Origin: the human T2T-CHM13v2.0 reference genome, Homo sapiens
Length of the DNA stretch: 64,000 nucleotides
Assembly (NCBI RefSeq): GCF_009914755.1
Contig: NC_060931.1
Strand: one strand, 5' to 3'
Within the stretch, counting starts at the first letter, position 1. Every line of letters begins with the position of its first letter. The notes under the pieces were generated by a model. That model saw nothing but the letters and a program-made list of their open reading frames with translations, was not told the origin of the DNA and did no database searches. Made by a program: the position numbers and the translations under genes. Shown here piece after piece: positions 1-13,589 of the stretch.

Positions 1-1869
1 AGGGCTTAGGTCAACGCTGCAGGCAGGAAGGCACAATCAGGTTTCTCATTAGCTTCAGTTGCCCCATCTAGATCTGTTTTGAACATAATAATTGTGCTCT
101 TGATGCCAACAGCTTCAGACACTTCTTAGACAAGCATACTCAAGTATCATCTTCTTCCCATATGTGGCAACCACAAACAAAATATAAAAACTCCTACAAC
201 CGAAAATAAATTTATTAATGGTGATGTGCTCCCATAAGACGTGGAAGCTGCAGACATCTTAACCTTCCGGAAATGATAAAAATCCTTTGGCACAGGTCTA
301 GGGTGTGAAATGCACTCCCTCTGCACAGTAACATCTCTTGGAGAGGTACTGGTCCCACACATCCAGGGAATAGACTTCCACCCAGGATGACAGCTCATTT
401 GGAGCATCTATGCTTCATCACAAGTTTCTAGCAGGATTCTGGCAATATTCTTAAGAGAATGGCAAAAGCAGATGTGTCAAGTGCAAAGGTGCAAAGTACT
501 ACTCAGAATATATGAAGGAAATAAAATACAAACCACATAAATAAGGAAGACTTACCAGGCTTACTGTTCTATCAACTGTTAGAACTGTATAATGAAAAGT
601 AAAAGCTTTTATGAGCTACCATGGCTATTGTTTATAAAGTGTCCATTAAGAAATCTGACTCTTCATTTTGTCTAATCTCTCTCCAATAATATTCTATCCT
701 CTCTTAAAAAACATTGTTAAGAAAGTTTTTAGTCACTGGAAGCTTTTACTGTCACTCAATTCCACGGCTTAAAATTACTAAAGTGGTTCCTTAACATTTA
801 TTCCTTGGCAAATGTAGAAGGCTAAATAGAAAAACACAAAAATATTGTGCTTCTTTTATTATAATTATTTCTACCAAAACAATAGATTTTGGAAAAAAAA
901 TATGTCTGAATGAGTGCTTTTTAAAGAAATCAGTCCTTTTCAATATTATTTGGAATAAATTTCTCTTCCATATCAGAAATGTGTTATTTGCTGTTCTCAG
1001 CACTTAATGGTTTAGTTTATGAGAAATATGAAACAAACTTGAATTTGATGAAATTAAGTGTGGTTCTCTTCACATAACCTAAGGTTGTCTGTTTTATATT
1101 CATTGTCTAAAAATAATCAAGGCCTGTGATTGCGCTGAAAGATTTCCAACTGACCTCAATCTATAGACACAAATCACTCCTTGCCCTCTATAGTTACAGG
1201 CCAAATGGTGGCCTTGGGAAATGTGCGTGTTTTCTAGGTTATTCCGTGTGATCCTCTCAGTACTGACAATTAGATATTTTAAAATGTGGCCAACACTCTG
1301 AACTGCTGTGAAAGATCCAAAACCTAGACTTTGGGTCTACATAAGCGATCTCCACCTTTATATGTGCAGGGAGCCTGCTGGGGAGGTCTAACACAAGTCT
1401 ACGCTTGCCACAAGGCTGGAAGCTGGGGCGGCCCCTCCAACACAGTCAGGAGGGGGTGACTCCTAACACAACAGCAGAACCCCCAGGGATGACTTTTTTC
1501 TCAGCTCCACCCATCAAAGGCAAATCAGTGTGAGGAGTCCCCTGTCTCTCTACCGTGCTGCCCCTTCCTCACTGTTATACACGGTCAAATTCTGAGGGCT
1601 GGTTCTTACGTACTCCAGAAAAAAAAAAAATCCAGAGATAATAAGTGTTTCAAATTGGGTATTTAACATAAGAAACATTTACTAAAACAAAAATCTCATA
1701 CTTAGAATAAAACTTTAAAAAAGGAAAGAAATCACAGTTAGCCAGAATCTCATCCTAATACTGTTTCTATAAGACAGTAAATCTGGAGAGAGATGAGAGA
1801 AAAGACTAACCTGGAAGTTTTCTTACAGAAATGATGTATCTGCCATTCTCTGTCCTTGATCAGAAGTTT

Positions 1870-2190
1870 GTCCTGACCTCAGGCCTTTGCAATAGGGGTC
1901 CCTTGCTTGGGATTTTCTTCCCCCAGATTGTCACAAGGCCAGTTCCTCCTAAGCATTTATTCCTTAGCACAGAGCAGAGTTCCTCAAGTTGGAATTGAAA
2001 CTAACTACCCTGTTACGTCACTCTTAATCATGTCCCCAACATATTCCTTGTGATAACTTACTGATATCTGAAGTATTGTATGGATTTGTTTACTTGTTTA
2101 TTTTCTACATCCCAACACTAGCTCCAATTTTAGCTATCTCCTGTAGCACAAAGCAGGCACTTAAATTATTCAGCTGAATGGATGAATGCA
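1870..2190 (+). mobile_element. L2 LINE 3' fragment
   Basis: cctcaggcctttgca...cttcccccagat...tagcacaaagcaggcactt...tgaatggatgaatg matches the L2 3' end pattern. Confidence 0.6.
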
Positions 2191-2254
2191 TACACTAATG
2201 ATAAATATTCACTGCAATTACCATCACCACCACAGTAAATGTGTGATTCAGATT

Positions 2255-5200
2255 TTTGTTTCAGCTTGTGTCAAATGGTAAGTTGCATTTTTCAAGGAAT
2301 TTCTCCATTTCATCTAAGTTTTCAAAATTTTTGGTAAAAAGTTCACATTTCCTCATCTTAATGTCTATAGAATCATATTAATAAGCCATCTTTTAAAATT
2401 GATATTAATTTATGTTCTTTTTTCCCTGGATCAATCTAGATATGTTGATCATATGGTTGATCATGTGAAAGACAGAAAGAGCTCTGATTTTATGCATTTT
2501 CTCTACTACTGCTTTCGATTTCACTGATCTCTGCTTTTATTTTTATTATATCTCTCTTTCTTGGATTTATTTTGTTCTACTTTTTTTTAGCATCTTAAGA
2601 TGGAATCTTAAGTCTTTGATTCTTAACCTTTAGTTTTTTCTATATGACATTTAAAGTTATAAATTTTCCTCTAAGGACTGCTGTAGCTAGATCCCACAAA
2701 TTTTAATATATTGTATATTTTTTCCTTCAGTTCAAAATAGTTTCTAATTTCCTTTGTGATTTCTTTTTTGACTTAGATTACTTAAAAGTATGTTGTTTGC
2801 CAAATATTTGAGGGTTGTCCTAGACATATTGTTACTGTTGATTTCTAATGTAATACTCCACATGATATAAATCCTTTTAAGTATATTGAGATGTGTTGGT
2901 AAACATACCACATTGTACTAGAAAACAATGTGTACTCTGTAGTGGTTGGATATAGTGTTCTATAAATATCATTTATATGGATAGTTGGTAGTGTTGGTCA
3001 GATCCTCTATCTCTTCACTCATTTTTTTTGTCTAGTTGTTCTATCTGAGAGATTGTTCTCAGTCATGCTGTTCTCCAATATGATGGTGGATGTGTCTATT
3101 TCTCCTAATTTTGTCAAATCTTCATGTATTTTGAAGTTCTGTTATTAGGTACATACACATATATATGAGTATGAAATCTTCCTGATGTATTGATTCTTTA
3201 ATCATTATGAAATGTCCATCTTAAACTCTAGTAATATGTAAGGCTATTTTACCTGCTACCCATCTAGTCACTCCAGTTTTCTCATGCTTACTGTTTAAAT
3301 GGTATCCTTTTCTACCCATTCACTTTTAATCAGTATCTGTCTTTTTATTCAAAATAGGTTCTTATAGACAACATTCTTATCCATTCTGACAATCTCTACC
3401 TTTTAACTGGAGTGTTTAGTCTGTTAACATTTAATGTAATTATTGATATGGCTGAATTTAGATAAACCAGTTTGTTTCCTGTTGTTGCTCCTGTTTATTG
3501 TTTCTCTGTTCTTACTTTACTTTTGGGTTTTAAAAATTTAACCACTGGATTAGTTGTACCTCTTTGCATTATTTGGTTTAATGGTTGTTCCAACAATTAT
3601 AATATGTGTGCTCAACTTTTACAGTCAAATTAGATTAAGTATTATAACCCTTCACATCAAATGTGGATAACTTACAATCACATAGGTCCATTTACCCAGC
3701 CCTTCCATGCTTTATGCTATAGTTGTCTTATGTATTACACTTATAGAGATTATAAACCCCAAAGACAATATTATAATTTTTAAGCAATCACATATATTGG
3801 AAGTAATCTTATATATTTTGGAAAGAAATATATCACATATATTGGAAAGAAATTAAGAGAAAAAATAGTTTTTTTATGTTTATCTAGCTATGTACCATTT
3901 CTGACACTCTTTATGTCTTTCTAAGAGTCCAAGTTTCCATCTGATATCATTTATCTTCAGCCTGAAGAATTTCTGTTAAGTGTTTCTTTTATGGAGGTCT
4001 AATGGCAATTCTTTATATTTTATTTGAAAATGTCTTTATTTTGCCTTATCCTTGAAGGATATTTTTGCTGGGTAGGTAATTCTGAATTACCAGTTGTTTT
4101 GTCTCTTCAGCACTTTAAAGATGTCCCATTGTTACCCAGATTCTACTGTTTCTGATGATAAAGTGATTCACTTTCTTTTATATATATATTTTTAATAATA
4201 CTTTAAGTTCTAGGGTACATGTGCACAACGTGCAGGTTTGTTACATATGTACACATGTGCCATGTTGGTGTGCTACACCCATTAACTCGTCATTTACATT
4301 AGGTATATCTCCTAATGCTATCCCTCCCCCCTCCCCCTGCACAAAATATGGCATTTTTCTCTACTTGTGTATAAGATTTTCTCCTTAAGTCTATTTTTAA
4401 GTAATTTCATTATAAAGTACCTATGTAGCTATGCACAGTTTTCTTCTTATTTATTTTGATTTGGATTCACCAAACCTCTTTAATTTGTAAATTTTGTCTC
4501 ACAAAATGTAAAAAACTTTTGGCCCTTGTTTTTTCAAATATTTTTTTCTCTTCTTATTCTGGAGTCAATAGAGTCCCAGAATAAAAAGAAAAAATAAATA
4601 AATAGAAAAAATAAATCTTTGGGGATCTACTTTTTTTTCCAAAATTTTTCTCTTCTTCTTGAAACTGGATATTTCAAATTGATTTATTTTCAACTTCACT
4701 GCCTTTTTCTTTTGTTACCTTCATTCTGTTGTTGGGCCCATCAGTGAAATTTTTATATTGGCTATTGTGTTCTTCCATTCTAGAATTTCTACTTGGTTCT
4801 TATTTATAGTTCTTATTAACCATATGAGATTTTTTCTTTTTTTCATTCATTATGAGCATATTTCCCATTATGTTGTTACCACAGTTACAAGCAGTCGTAA
4901 AATTCTTATCTGCTAATTCCAACATCTCAGTCATCTACAGATTGGTTTCTATTGACTATCTTTTTCACATTTTCGAATAGGTCGCATTTTCCTGGTTCTT
5001 CATATGTTAAATAATTTTGGCCTGCATCCTGGACATTGTTGAGTGTTATGCTTAGGAGGTTCTAGATTCCCTCATATTCCTCAGGAGACTGTAAATTACT
5101 TTGTCTTCACGGGCAATAATAAGCTGACTGGATTCACTTTAAGTCCTGTTTCTTGAGCAGCAATCAAATCTCAGTTCAGCTCTTTAGTTCTTAGCCAGGC

Positions 5201-5400
5201 TGCTTGGTATCTGTCCTTTTCATGCATGGTTCAAGGCTGAGCCAGAGATTTAGCCAGAATTTATCCACAGAATTTATGGCTGTCCCTCTCTGGCTTTCTC
5301 CTTTCTAGTATTCTTTCCTCACTTTCCAGAGGGCGGTGGCTGTCCTGAATTCTGGCCACATAGTTCTGAATTAGGCTAGAACAAATGGGCACCACAAGTT
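2255..5400 (-). mobile_element. Old L1M LINE fragment, degenerate
   Basis: Long T-rich antisense L1 sequence (aggaatttctccatttcatctaagttttcaaa; gctgtagctagatcccacaaatttt; ttgaaggatatttttgctgggta). Confidence 0.8.
4180..4337 (-). mobile_element. L1PA (about L1PA3-5) extreme 3' end inserted in the older L1
   Basis: atactttaagttctagggtacatgtgcacaacgtgcaggtttgttacatatg...cctaatgctatccctcccccctcccc. Confidence 0.92.
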
Positions 5401-5434
5401 ACTTTCCTGAGTTTACATATAATCTATTGACTAC

Positions 5435-5915
5435 TGTATTAATTTTCTGTTGCTGCATATCACATTACCATTAGCTTGGTAGTTTAAACACAAACACACA
5501 CATTTGTTATCTCAGTTTCCAGCGGTTGGGAGTCCAAGCATGGCTTAGCCGGGTCCTCTGCTCAGGGTCTCACAAGGCTGCAATCAAGGTGTCAGCAGGC
5601 TGTGTTTCTATCTGGAGGTTTGATTGGGAAGGCTCAGTGGGGTTGTTGAAAATTGCTTCTCTGGCGGGTTCAAGACTGAGAGACTTGGCCTTTTACTGAC
5701 TGTTAAGCAGAGACAATCCTCGCATCCTAGGGGCCACCTGCATTTCACAATCTTTTATAATCACAGGGAGTGACATCCCATCATCTTTGCCATATCTTGT
5801 AAGTTAGAAGCAAGTTCCAAATTCCAATTCACTCAAGGAGAAGGGCTCATACAAGGATGTGAATCACTGGGGGGGAGAGGGGGAGGGGTGTCACATTAGG
5901 GTGTGTTGGTCACGA
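5435..5915 (-). mobile_element. MLT1-type MaLR solo LTR
   Basis: tgtattaattttctgttgctg...gggagtccaagcatggcttagccgggtcctctgctcagggtctcacaaggctgcaatcaaggtgtcagc. Confidence 0.8.
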
Positions 5916-5954
5916 AGACCAAAAGTATGTTTTACGCTTCTATAATCTGGGGCC

Positions 5955-6060
5955 CTTGGAGGTTCAATAACTTCCCCAAGGTTGTATAGGTTAGTGTTGG
6001 TGGAGTCTGGGATGGATTCAAATCCAGGCAAAGCCTATGTCCTCCAAATATCCCTCCTAC
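5955..6060 (-). mobile_element. MIR fragment
   Basis: gaggttcaataacttccccaaggt...gggatggattcaaatccaggc. Confidence 0.55.
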
Positions 6061-7059
6061 ATTCAACAAGCAAACTACGCTCTACACTGCTGGAGCAGGC
6101 TGGACCCAGCCACAGAGAGGAATCCACAGCCAGAGCACAGTATCTGCAAATCGATGCTGTCCAGCTTTCCTGCAGCCATGTGGGATGTCAGACCCATGTC
6201 TGCAGCTCAAAATACCCAAATATAAAATTAGTTTCCTCAGTCCCAGAGTCACTTGAAAACATCTTATTTTCTAATATACAATTAAAGTCACCAGAGATTA
6301 CATCACATAGGAAAGTTTTACAAATGACACAGTTTAATTCAGACACATAAAAAGGTTAAAACATACCTACCAAAGTTACAGGGACATTATCTGACAAATA
6401 CAGAGATTCTGTCAGTTTGGTTATAAACTAAGTTTCCCTGGTGATATTATTACCTCTTCTAAGGTACCATAGTATTTAGGCTACCTAATCTAGGTTCTCA
6501 TTACCATATATATCCTAGTGATATATATGGCGACACATTTTCTAATAGTTTAAATAAAGAGGTAGCTCAATACTAAGGGAAACATTGGTTTTGTAAGTAA
6601 CAGCTATAAAACCATCATCCTCTAAGAACCAAGGGAACCAAATTATTTTTGACAAACAAACTCACAGCTGGCTTGTGAGGGAAGTCCATTTACCTTGGGC
6701 CTGTGTTTGTAAAGTAAAAGGAGGAGGGAGCGAAGCTGTGTTCATGATTCAAGGCCCTTTTCCTCTAAAATTAGACACTGCACCACGAGCTTCTCTAATA
6801 TGGAAACTGGGTAGTAAGTAAAGTTTTTAAGAGGAAAAACAAGATTTTTGTATCACAAATACAGGTCAAATGTCTGTGGAATTCAAGTCTTTATAGTAAG
6901 CCTGTGTGGTCCTCCACATCAACGGGTCAAATATTATTTAGATGTTCACCAAATTATTCCCATGACAAAACCATTCACTTAAAAATATTCATCAATATAG
7001 GACTTAAAATATTTGAAAATCTTTACTATTTTTGTAAGTACTATTACAAATTCTATTAA

Positions 7060-7230
7060 TACATTAACTCTTCAAAACCTTAGTTAAGTAGATAGGTAAG
7101 GATATTATTTGACTTCTAAGGAAATAGAACTCAGAAAAGTTGATTGGCAAGTCCTTTTGAGTGACTTGCCCAAAGTTGTACAGAAGTTGTGAAAGGATGA
7201 GACAGACCACACAGCCTCTAAACCAGTAGA
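7060..7230 (-). mobile_element. MIR fragment
   Basis: aggaaatagaactcagaaa...gtgacttgcccaaagttgtacag. Confidence 0.5.
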
Positions 7231-7704
7231 TCTCATTAAATACAAGATGTCTGTTCTTAATTGTTGGCTCCCTCAGCAAAGATATGCTACATGCTTTCAG
7301 ATTTTTGGCCACAGTCCTGTTTGGCAATCTTAATACATTGAAATAAGTAAATATAATAAATATGGTAGTATAGAAAAAATAGAAAACAACAGAATCCTTT
7401 ATAACTCTAGCTTGCAAGGATCAAACAAGGGGGTCAAAACAGTGTTGTCAAATGGTATAACATACAAAGGAGAAAGAAAATACATGGAGAGGGAGGGTAA
7501 ATGGCCTAAAATATAAGTTATTTCACTGTCAAATAAATTTACCCACTAAAAATGTTTCAGGCATCAGTGAACCTTCTTAGGTTCACTGAAAATATTTTAC
7601 TCAAAAATATAACACACGTAAGGCATTTGGAGAAACTATATTTACCATATTTAAGTAAAAAGATCTTACTTAAGGTTATACCTTTTAAAGGAAGTGGTTA
7701 AATA

Positions 7705-8790
7705 ATTTTTTAAATTTTATCATTAATTATGGTAAATACACATACTATAAAATTTACCATCTTAACCACTTTTAATTGTACAGTTCAGTAGTGTTAAGTA
7801 CATTCACATTGTTGTGCCACCAATCTCCAAAACTCTTTTCATCTTGTAAAACTGAAACTCTACCCATCCCACAATAACTCCCCAATTCCCACCCCCCAGG
7901 CCCTGGCAACCATCATCCTACTTTTTGTCTCCATGAATCTGACTACTGTAAGTGCCTCATCTAAGTGGAATCACATGGCATTTGTGTATTTGTCTTTTTG
8001 TGACAGGCTTGTTTCACTTAGCATGATGTCTTCAAGGTACATCCATGATGATGCATGTATCAAAATTTCCTTCCTTTTAAATGTTTAAGTATTTATTTTT
8101 GTATTATTACAGAATAATATTTCATTGTAAACAAATGAACAAACCACAGTTTATCTATTCATCCATCGATGGACACCTGTGTTACCTCCATGTTTCAGCT
8201 ATTATGAATCATGCTGCGATGAACATGGGTGTACAGGTATCTGTCTGAGGCCCTGCTTTCAATTATTTTGGATATATGCCCGGAAGTGAAATTGCTAGAT
8301 CCTATGGGGAATTCTATTTTGGATTTTCTGAGGACCTGTCATACTGTTTTCCACAGTGGCTGCACCATTTTACACTCCCACCAACAATGCACAAGGGTTC
8401 CAATTTCTCTACATCCCCGCCAACGCATCTTTTCTTTTGTGTTTTTTCTCATAGCAGCCATCCTAATGGGTATGAGATGGTATCTCATTGTGGTTTTGAT
8501 TTGCATTTCTCTTACGATTAGTGATGCTGAGCATCTTTTCATGTGCTTGCTGACTTGTATATTTTCTTTGGAGAAATGTCTATTTAAGCCCTTTGCTCAT
8601 TTTTTAATTGAGTTGTTTGTTTTTTGTTGTTGAGTTGAAGGAGTTCTCCATACAACACATCCCTTATCACATACATAATTTGCAAATATCTTCTCCCATT
8701 CTGCGGGTTGCCTTTTTAATCTGTTGACTGTGTCCTTTGGTGCACAAAAGTAAAAGCTTTGCAGATACTAAAATTTTGTAAGTTTGGTTG
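7705..8790 (-). mobile_element. L1MB-type 3' end (ORF2 C-terminus plus 3'UTR)
   Basis: aaaatttaccatcttaaccacttttaattgtacagttcagt; ORF 8339-8542 [29 protein letters not shown] is the L1 ORF2 C-terminus. Confidence 0.9.
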
Positions 8791-9937
8791 AGGAGTAAAT
8801 CAAATGTCTTTGAAGCTGAAGGTTAGTTAACCACAATGAACCCAGAGCAGTCAAGGCTGAGTTCAGAATGTAAGTTCAAGACGAGATGGTGCCTAGGAGG
8901 CTCTGCACCCAGCTTCAGTTTCCAAATCCTGAACAGTGCCTCAAAGACAGGAATTGGATCTTTTTACACTGCTGCAAATTTAAAATCCTGATTTATATTT
9001 GAAAACCCACTTTTCTGATTGTGGATTATCAAGGTGGCTGGACAGAATCATGAATATACATATAAAGTTGCAAAATGTAAAGGTGAGAGAAATAATGAAC
9101 TCACTCTTCCAGCAGTTTCCCTTCATAGTGAAAAACATACTGACTGTTGACGTGACTGACAGGCAAAACCAAAGTGACAAAGTATGACGAAGTACAAGGA
9201 TAAGAACAGCATACTTAAATGATGGATATTTGAACAGCATAACTCTCTAACACAAAGCCAGCTTCCCACTTCCTCCATGTTGCTAAACTGTCAACGTGCA
9301 GGAGAGTGGCGAGCTCACCTTTCATTTTGATTTTATCACAGAGAGCTCCCATACAATGTCACACTCTAGTGAGTGTTAAAAATACTTAAGACTCTAATCT
9401 CCTTCAAACAACACTTGCTTCTTTAGCCACAAGTGTCAGAGAGGAAACGATCCACAAACAAAAGGTAGACGTTAAGCAACTAAAATAGCTCCAGCTTCCT
9501 TTCTCTGCACACTGGCGTTAGCTGCCCGGCTATTTCCACCAAGGAGGATCCTTGCAGCCTGGCTGTTTTCACAGGCTCTGCAGTGGGAGGTGCCACAGGT
9601 TCCCAGGGATGTTTGTGTCGGACAGGAACTCGGCTTCCTTTGTGCCTCTGAACACAATGCTGTCCTCATCTTCACCATCTCCAGGATGGGAGGAGGCAGC
9701 TGGACGCCAGAGATGATCTCTGCAGCACTTCTATTTCCCCAGTATTTTTAGAAAGGTTGTTTTGTACCATCATAAGTGTTGTTTTTTCGTCTCCACATTG
9801 TAGAATATAAATACAACCTATACTTGGCTGTTTATTACAAAATGCATTAGTATCAATTCAGTTATTTAGCTCTTTGCTAGTTTTGTTAATTTACTAAAAT
9901 GGCAGATATGCTTTACATCTGGCACATTTAACATTTA

Positions 9938-10246
<309 letters not shown>

Positions 10247-11269
10247 TTGAATGACATAATTATTTTTGTAAAATGTAGACTCAAAGACAGTTTAGTTAGG
10301 CCTGAAAGAATCCTACTTGTTTTATTTGTTGTCCCTATCAAGACTTTTAAAGTCTCATAACATACTGTATGAGCAGACAGACAGATTTTTGGAAGTTGGG
10401 TAAAGCCAAAACAAAAGGAAGCATCTCAAAAAACAGGCAGATATCCGTATCTGAGCAAAACTGACAGATATATTTACAATGTATTTGGCTATGCCTACAG
10501 TAATGGCTTGGCAGTTCATGCCTTTTAACATGAATTTGACATGGGTTCCAGACTTCTTGAGTTTATGTATATTTGGAGCTGGCTAGCCTGATGAAGTTAA
10601 CCCCATTTACTAAGTAGTTCCATCAAGGGAACAGAGTTCTACAGAACAAGAGCCTTGTATCCCTTGTCGCTAACTTGCCAGTTTTGCTTAATTTTTTTGA
10701 CAAGAGGCCATGTGTGGAGGTGAACCAATTCTTTCATTTTCTGCCAGGATGTTTCAACTGCAGTAGGACTTTCTGCACAAGCAGAACAGGCTGCTGAGAA
10801 AGAGCACCATGAACAGACAGTGCTAAGAAAACACTCCAGTGAAAAATTCAAGGAGGCTGTGAATGATGGAGCAGGGGTACATTTTTCCTTCAAGAAGATG
10901 CATACAATTGTTTTTAAATCTTTGAGTTTTGATTCTCAACCAGCAAATGCATGACTTCCCTGTCAATGACGAGTAAATGAGTCAAACATTTTCTTCATTT
11001 CAGAATCTCTATGTCTAACAAGATCATGTTGAAGTGACTCATTGCAGTGCTACGCCATGTGACAGCACCATGCCACCTCCTCACCCACATCACCCCAGGC
11101 AGAGGCTGCAGAGCCACAGTCACCCTGCACCCCCCTCTGCCAAGTGTTACACAACTCTCTTGGATTGAATCAGCATCAATGCATGATGGCTCCATGCAGA
11201 AAAGACATCAGACAGGCCCATATTCTGTTGCTTACTGGCAGTAGTAGCAGCCCTGGGACCTCACTTTCC

Positions 11270-11420
11270 CTTTGTAAACCTCAGTGTCCTCATTGGTAAA
11301 ATGAAGATAACAGAACCTGCCTTATAAGGATATTGTAAAGATGAAGTTATATGAGATGATGTGCATAAAAGTCCTAGCAGAGTGCCTGGGATGCAAGAAG
11401 AACTGAACTGTTGCTGGGTC
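11270..11420 (+). mobile_element. MIR fragment
   Basis: cctcagtgtcctcattggtaaaatgaagataa...gtgcataaaagtcctagcagagtgcctgg. Confidence 0.6.
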
Positions 11421-12022
11421 TCTCTAATTGCTATTGTGCTTAACTTGGGACCTGCATCATGGGACCAGTTGGCCGACGACTGGATGACGGTGCCTTTGCT
11501 GTCTTCCTGCTGGCCAGTGTACTTCCACATGCAATTTGTCTGGCACAATGGCCTTTCATTAGCAATCTAATTCATTAGCAATTGGAGATTAGCAATCTCC
11601 AATTGATTTAGCAATTAAAATATGACCAGCAGAGATGAATAACTTCTGTCTGCTTGGACTTCTTCCATGAGTTGCATGCCACTTACCAAGAAAGAATTTG
11701 GAAGTGACACCTTCACCCAGTGTATCTCTGGCTCCCAACTGGAATGAGATGGCCTTTCCAACACTGATGGCTTCTCTGGGATGGGAATTAGACTGGAACC
11801 ATACAAACTAATGTTGCTAGTGGGAACTTCCCATGGCGACGGCTGCTGCCACTGTCCTGGACACCTATGTTGTAATCTACCCAAAAGACAAGCGTTCTCT
11901 GTATTTTGGGGACATAAAGTGCTCCAATTCAGTGCTGAGTGCCTTCAAAGGGCTGAGTCTTACACACCCTTCAGTTCCTCATGGAAACTATTCTGCCTGT
12001 AGACAGGAACCCCATTTTCCTT

Positions 12023-12719
12023 TGTTATGATCTGAATTTGTTTCCAATTTTTTTTCTTTCTTTCTTTCTTTATTTTTGTTTTTTCTTTGACAGAGTCTCA
12101 CTCTATTGCCTAGGCTAGAGTGCAGCGGCGTGACCTCAGCTCATTGCAACCTCTGTTCAGGTGATTCTCGTGTCTCAGCTTCCTGAGTAGCTGGGATTAC
12201 AGGCATATGCCACCACATCCAGCTAATTTCTTCGTATTTTTAGTAGAGACAAGGTTTTCCCATTTGGCCAGGCTGGTCTTGAACTCCTGACCTTAAGTGA
12301 TCTATCAGCCTCAGGCTCCCAAAGTGCTGGGATTACAGGCGTGAGCCACGGTGCCTGGCCTCTCCCACCAAAATTTGTGTGTTGAAGCCCTAATCCCCAG
12401 TGTGTGACTATATTTGGAGATGGGGCCTCTAAAGAAGTAACTAAATTAAAATGAGGTCATTAAGGTAGGCTCTAATCCAATATGACTGTACTTATAAGAA
12501 GAGGAAGGGACACCTGGGATGCACAGGTACCACAAAGGCCCTGCAAGGCCACGGCAGCAAGACAGCTGTCTGCAAGCCAAGGAGGAGCCTCAGGAGGAAC
12601 CAACCTTGCTGACACCTTGGTCTTGAACTTCCAGCCTCCAGGACTGTGAGAAATAAATTTCTGTTGAAACCACCCAGTCGGCGGTATTTAGGTTTTGGCA
12701 GCCCTAGAAAACTTACACA
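12023..12719 (+). mobile_element. MLT1A/B-type MaLR solo LTR interrupted by an Alu
   Basis: tgttatgatctgaat...gttgaagccctaatcccc...aataaatttctgttg...acttacaca; 5-bp TSD tcctt/ccctt. Confidence 0.85.
12048..12360 (-). mobile_element. Alu inserted in the MLT1 LTR
   Basis: Poly-T, gacagagtctcactct...gtgagccacggtgcctggcc. Confidence 0.95.
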
Positions 12720-12834
12720 CCCTTTCACTTAAATGTTAAGGCAGTAATTATGCTTGTAAAAATTCAAACTATGATCTACTCCTCCAGACTATGTTTTAGA
12801 CTTGGTCTTCTGTTTTACAAACTGTCATGGAGCC

Positions 12835-12950
12835 GGGCAATCACTCAGCCTCTCTGTGCCCTATCACCTATAAAACAGAGATGACAGTCCCTATCTTGTG
12901 GGGATTTGGGAAGGATTAAATAAGATACTATAGGAAAACACTAAATATAA
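12835..12950 (+). mobile_element. MIR fragment
   Basis: ggcaatcactcagcctctctgtgccc...aggattaaataagata. Confidence 0.5.
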
Positions 12951-13294
12951 CTGCCACGTGGCACTTTCCCCACATATTCATAGCTCTCTTGCCCCAATAT
13001 GGCCTGAGAGAAATTTTTTTTCTATAGTCAACTAAAACAAATGTTTTCAGAACATCCGCGTACTCATTCAAGTCCTGTCTTCTGGGGCACTGAGACGTCA
13101 CCCCACTGTCTTGGGACAGAAATTAAACATCTGGATGTAGCGATTGTTTCCCAGTGAATCTTTCCATTTTTCAGCTAAAATTTTGTAATTTCTATATCGT
13201 TTAAGTAAGGGATGGTAACTTCTAGACGCTTCGATTCCAAGAATGTTCTCCTCTGAATGCCTTTTAGTTTTTTTCTCTTAAAATATGGTGTTCA

Positions 13295-13589
<295 letters not shown>

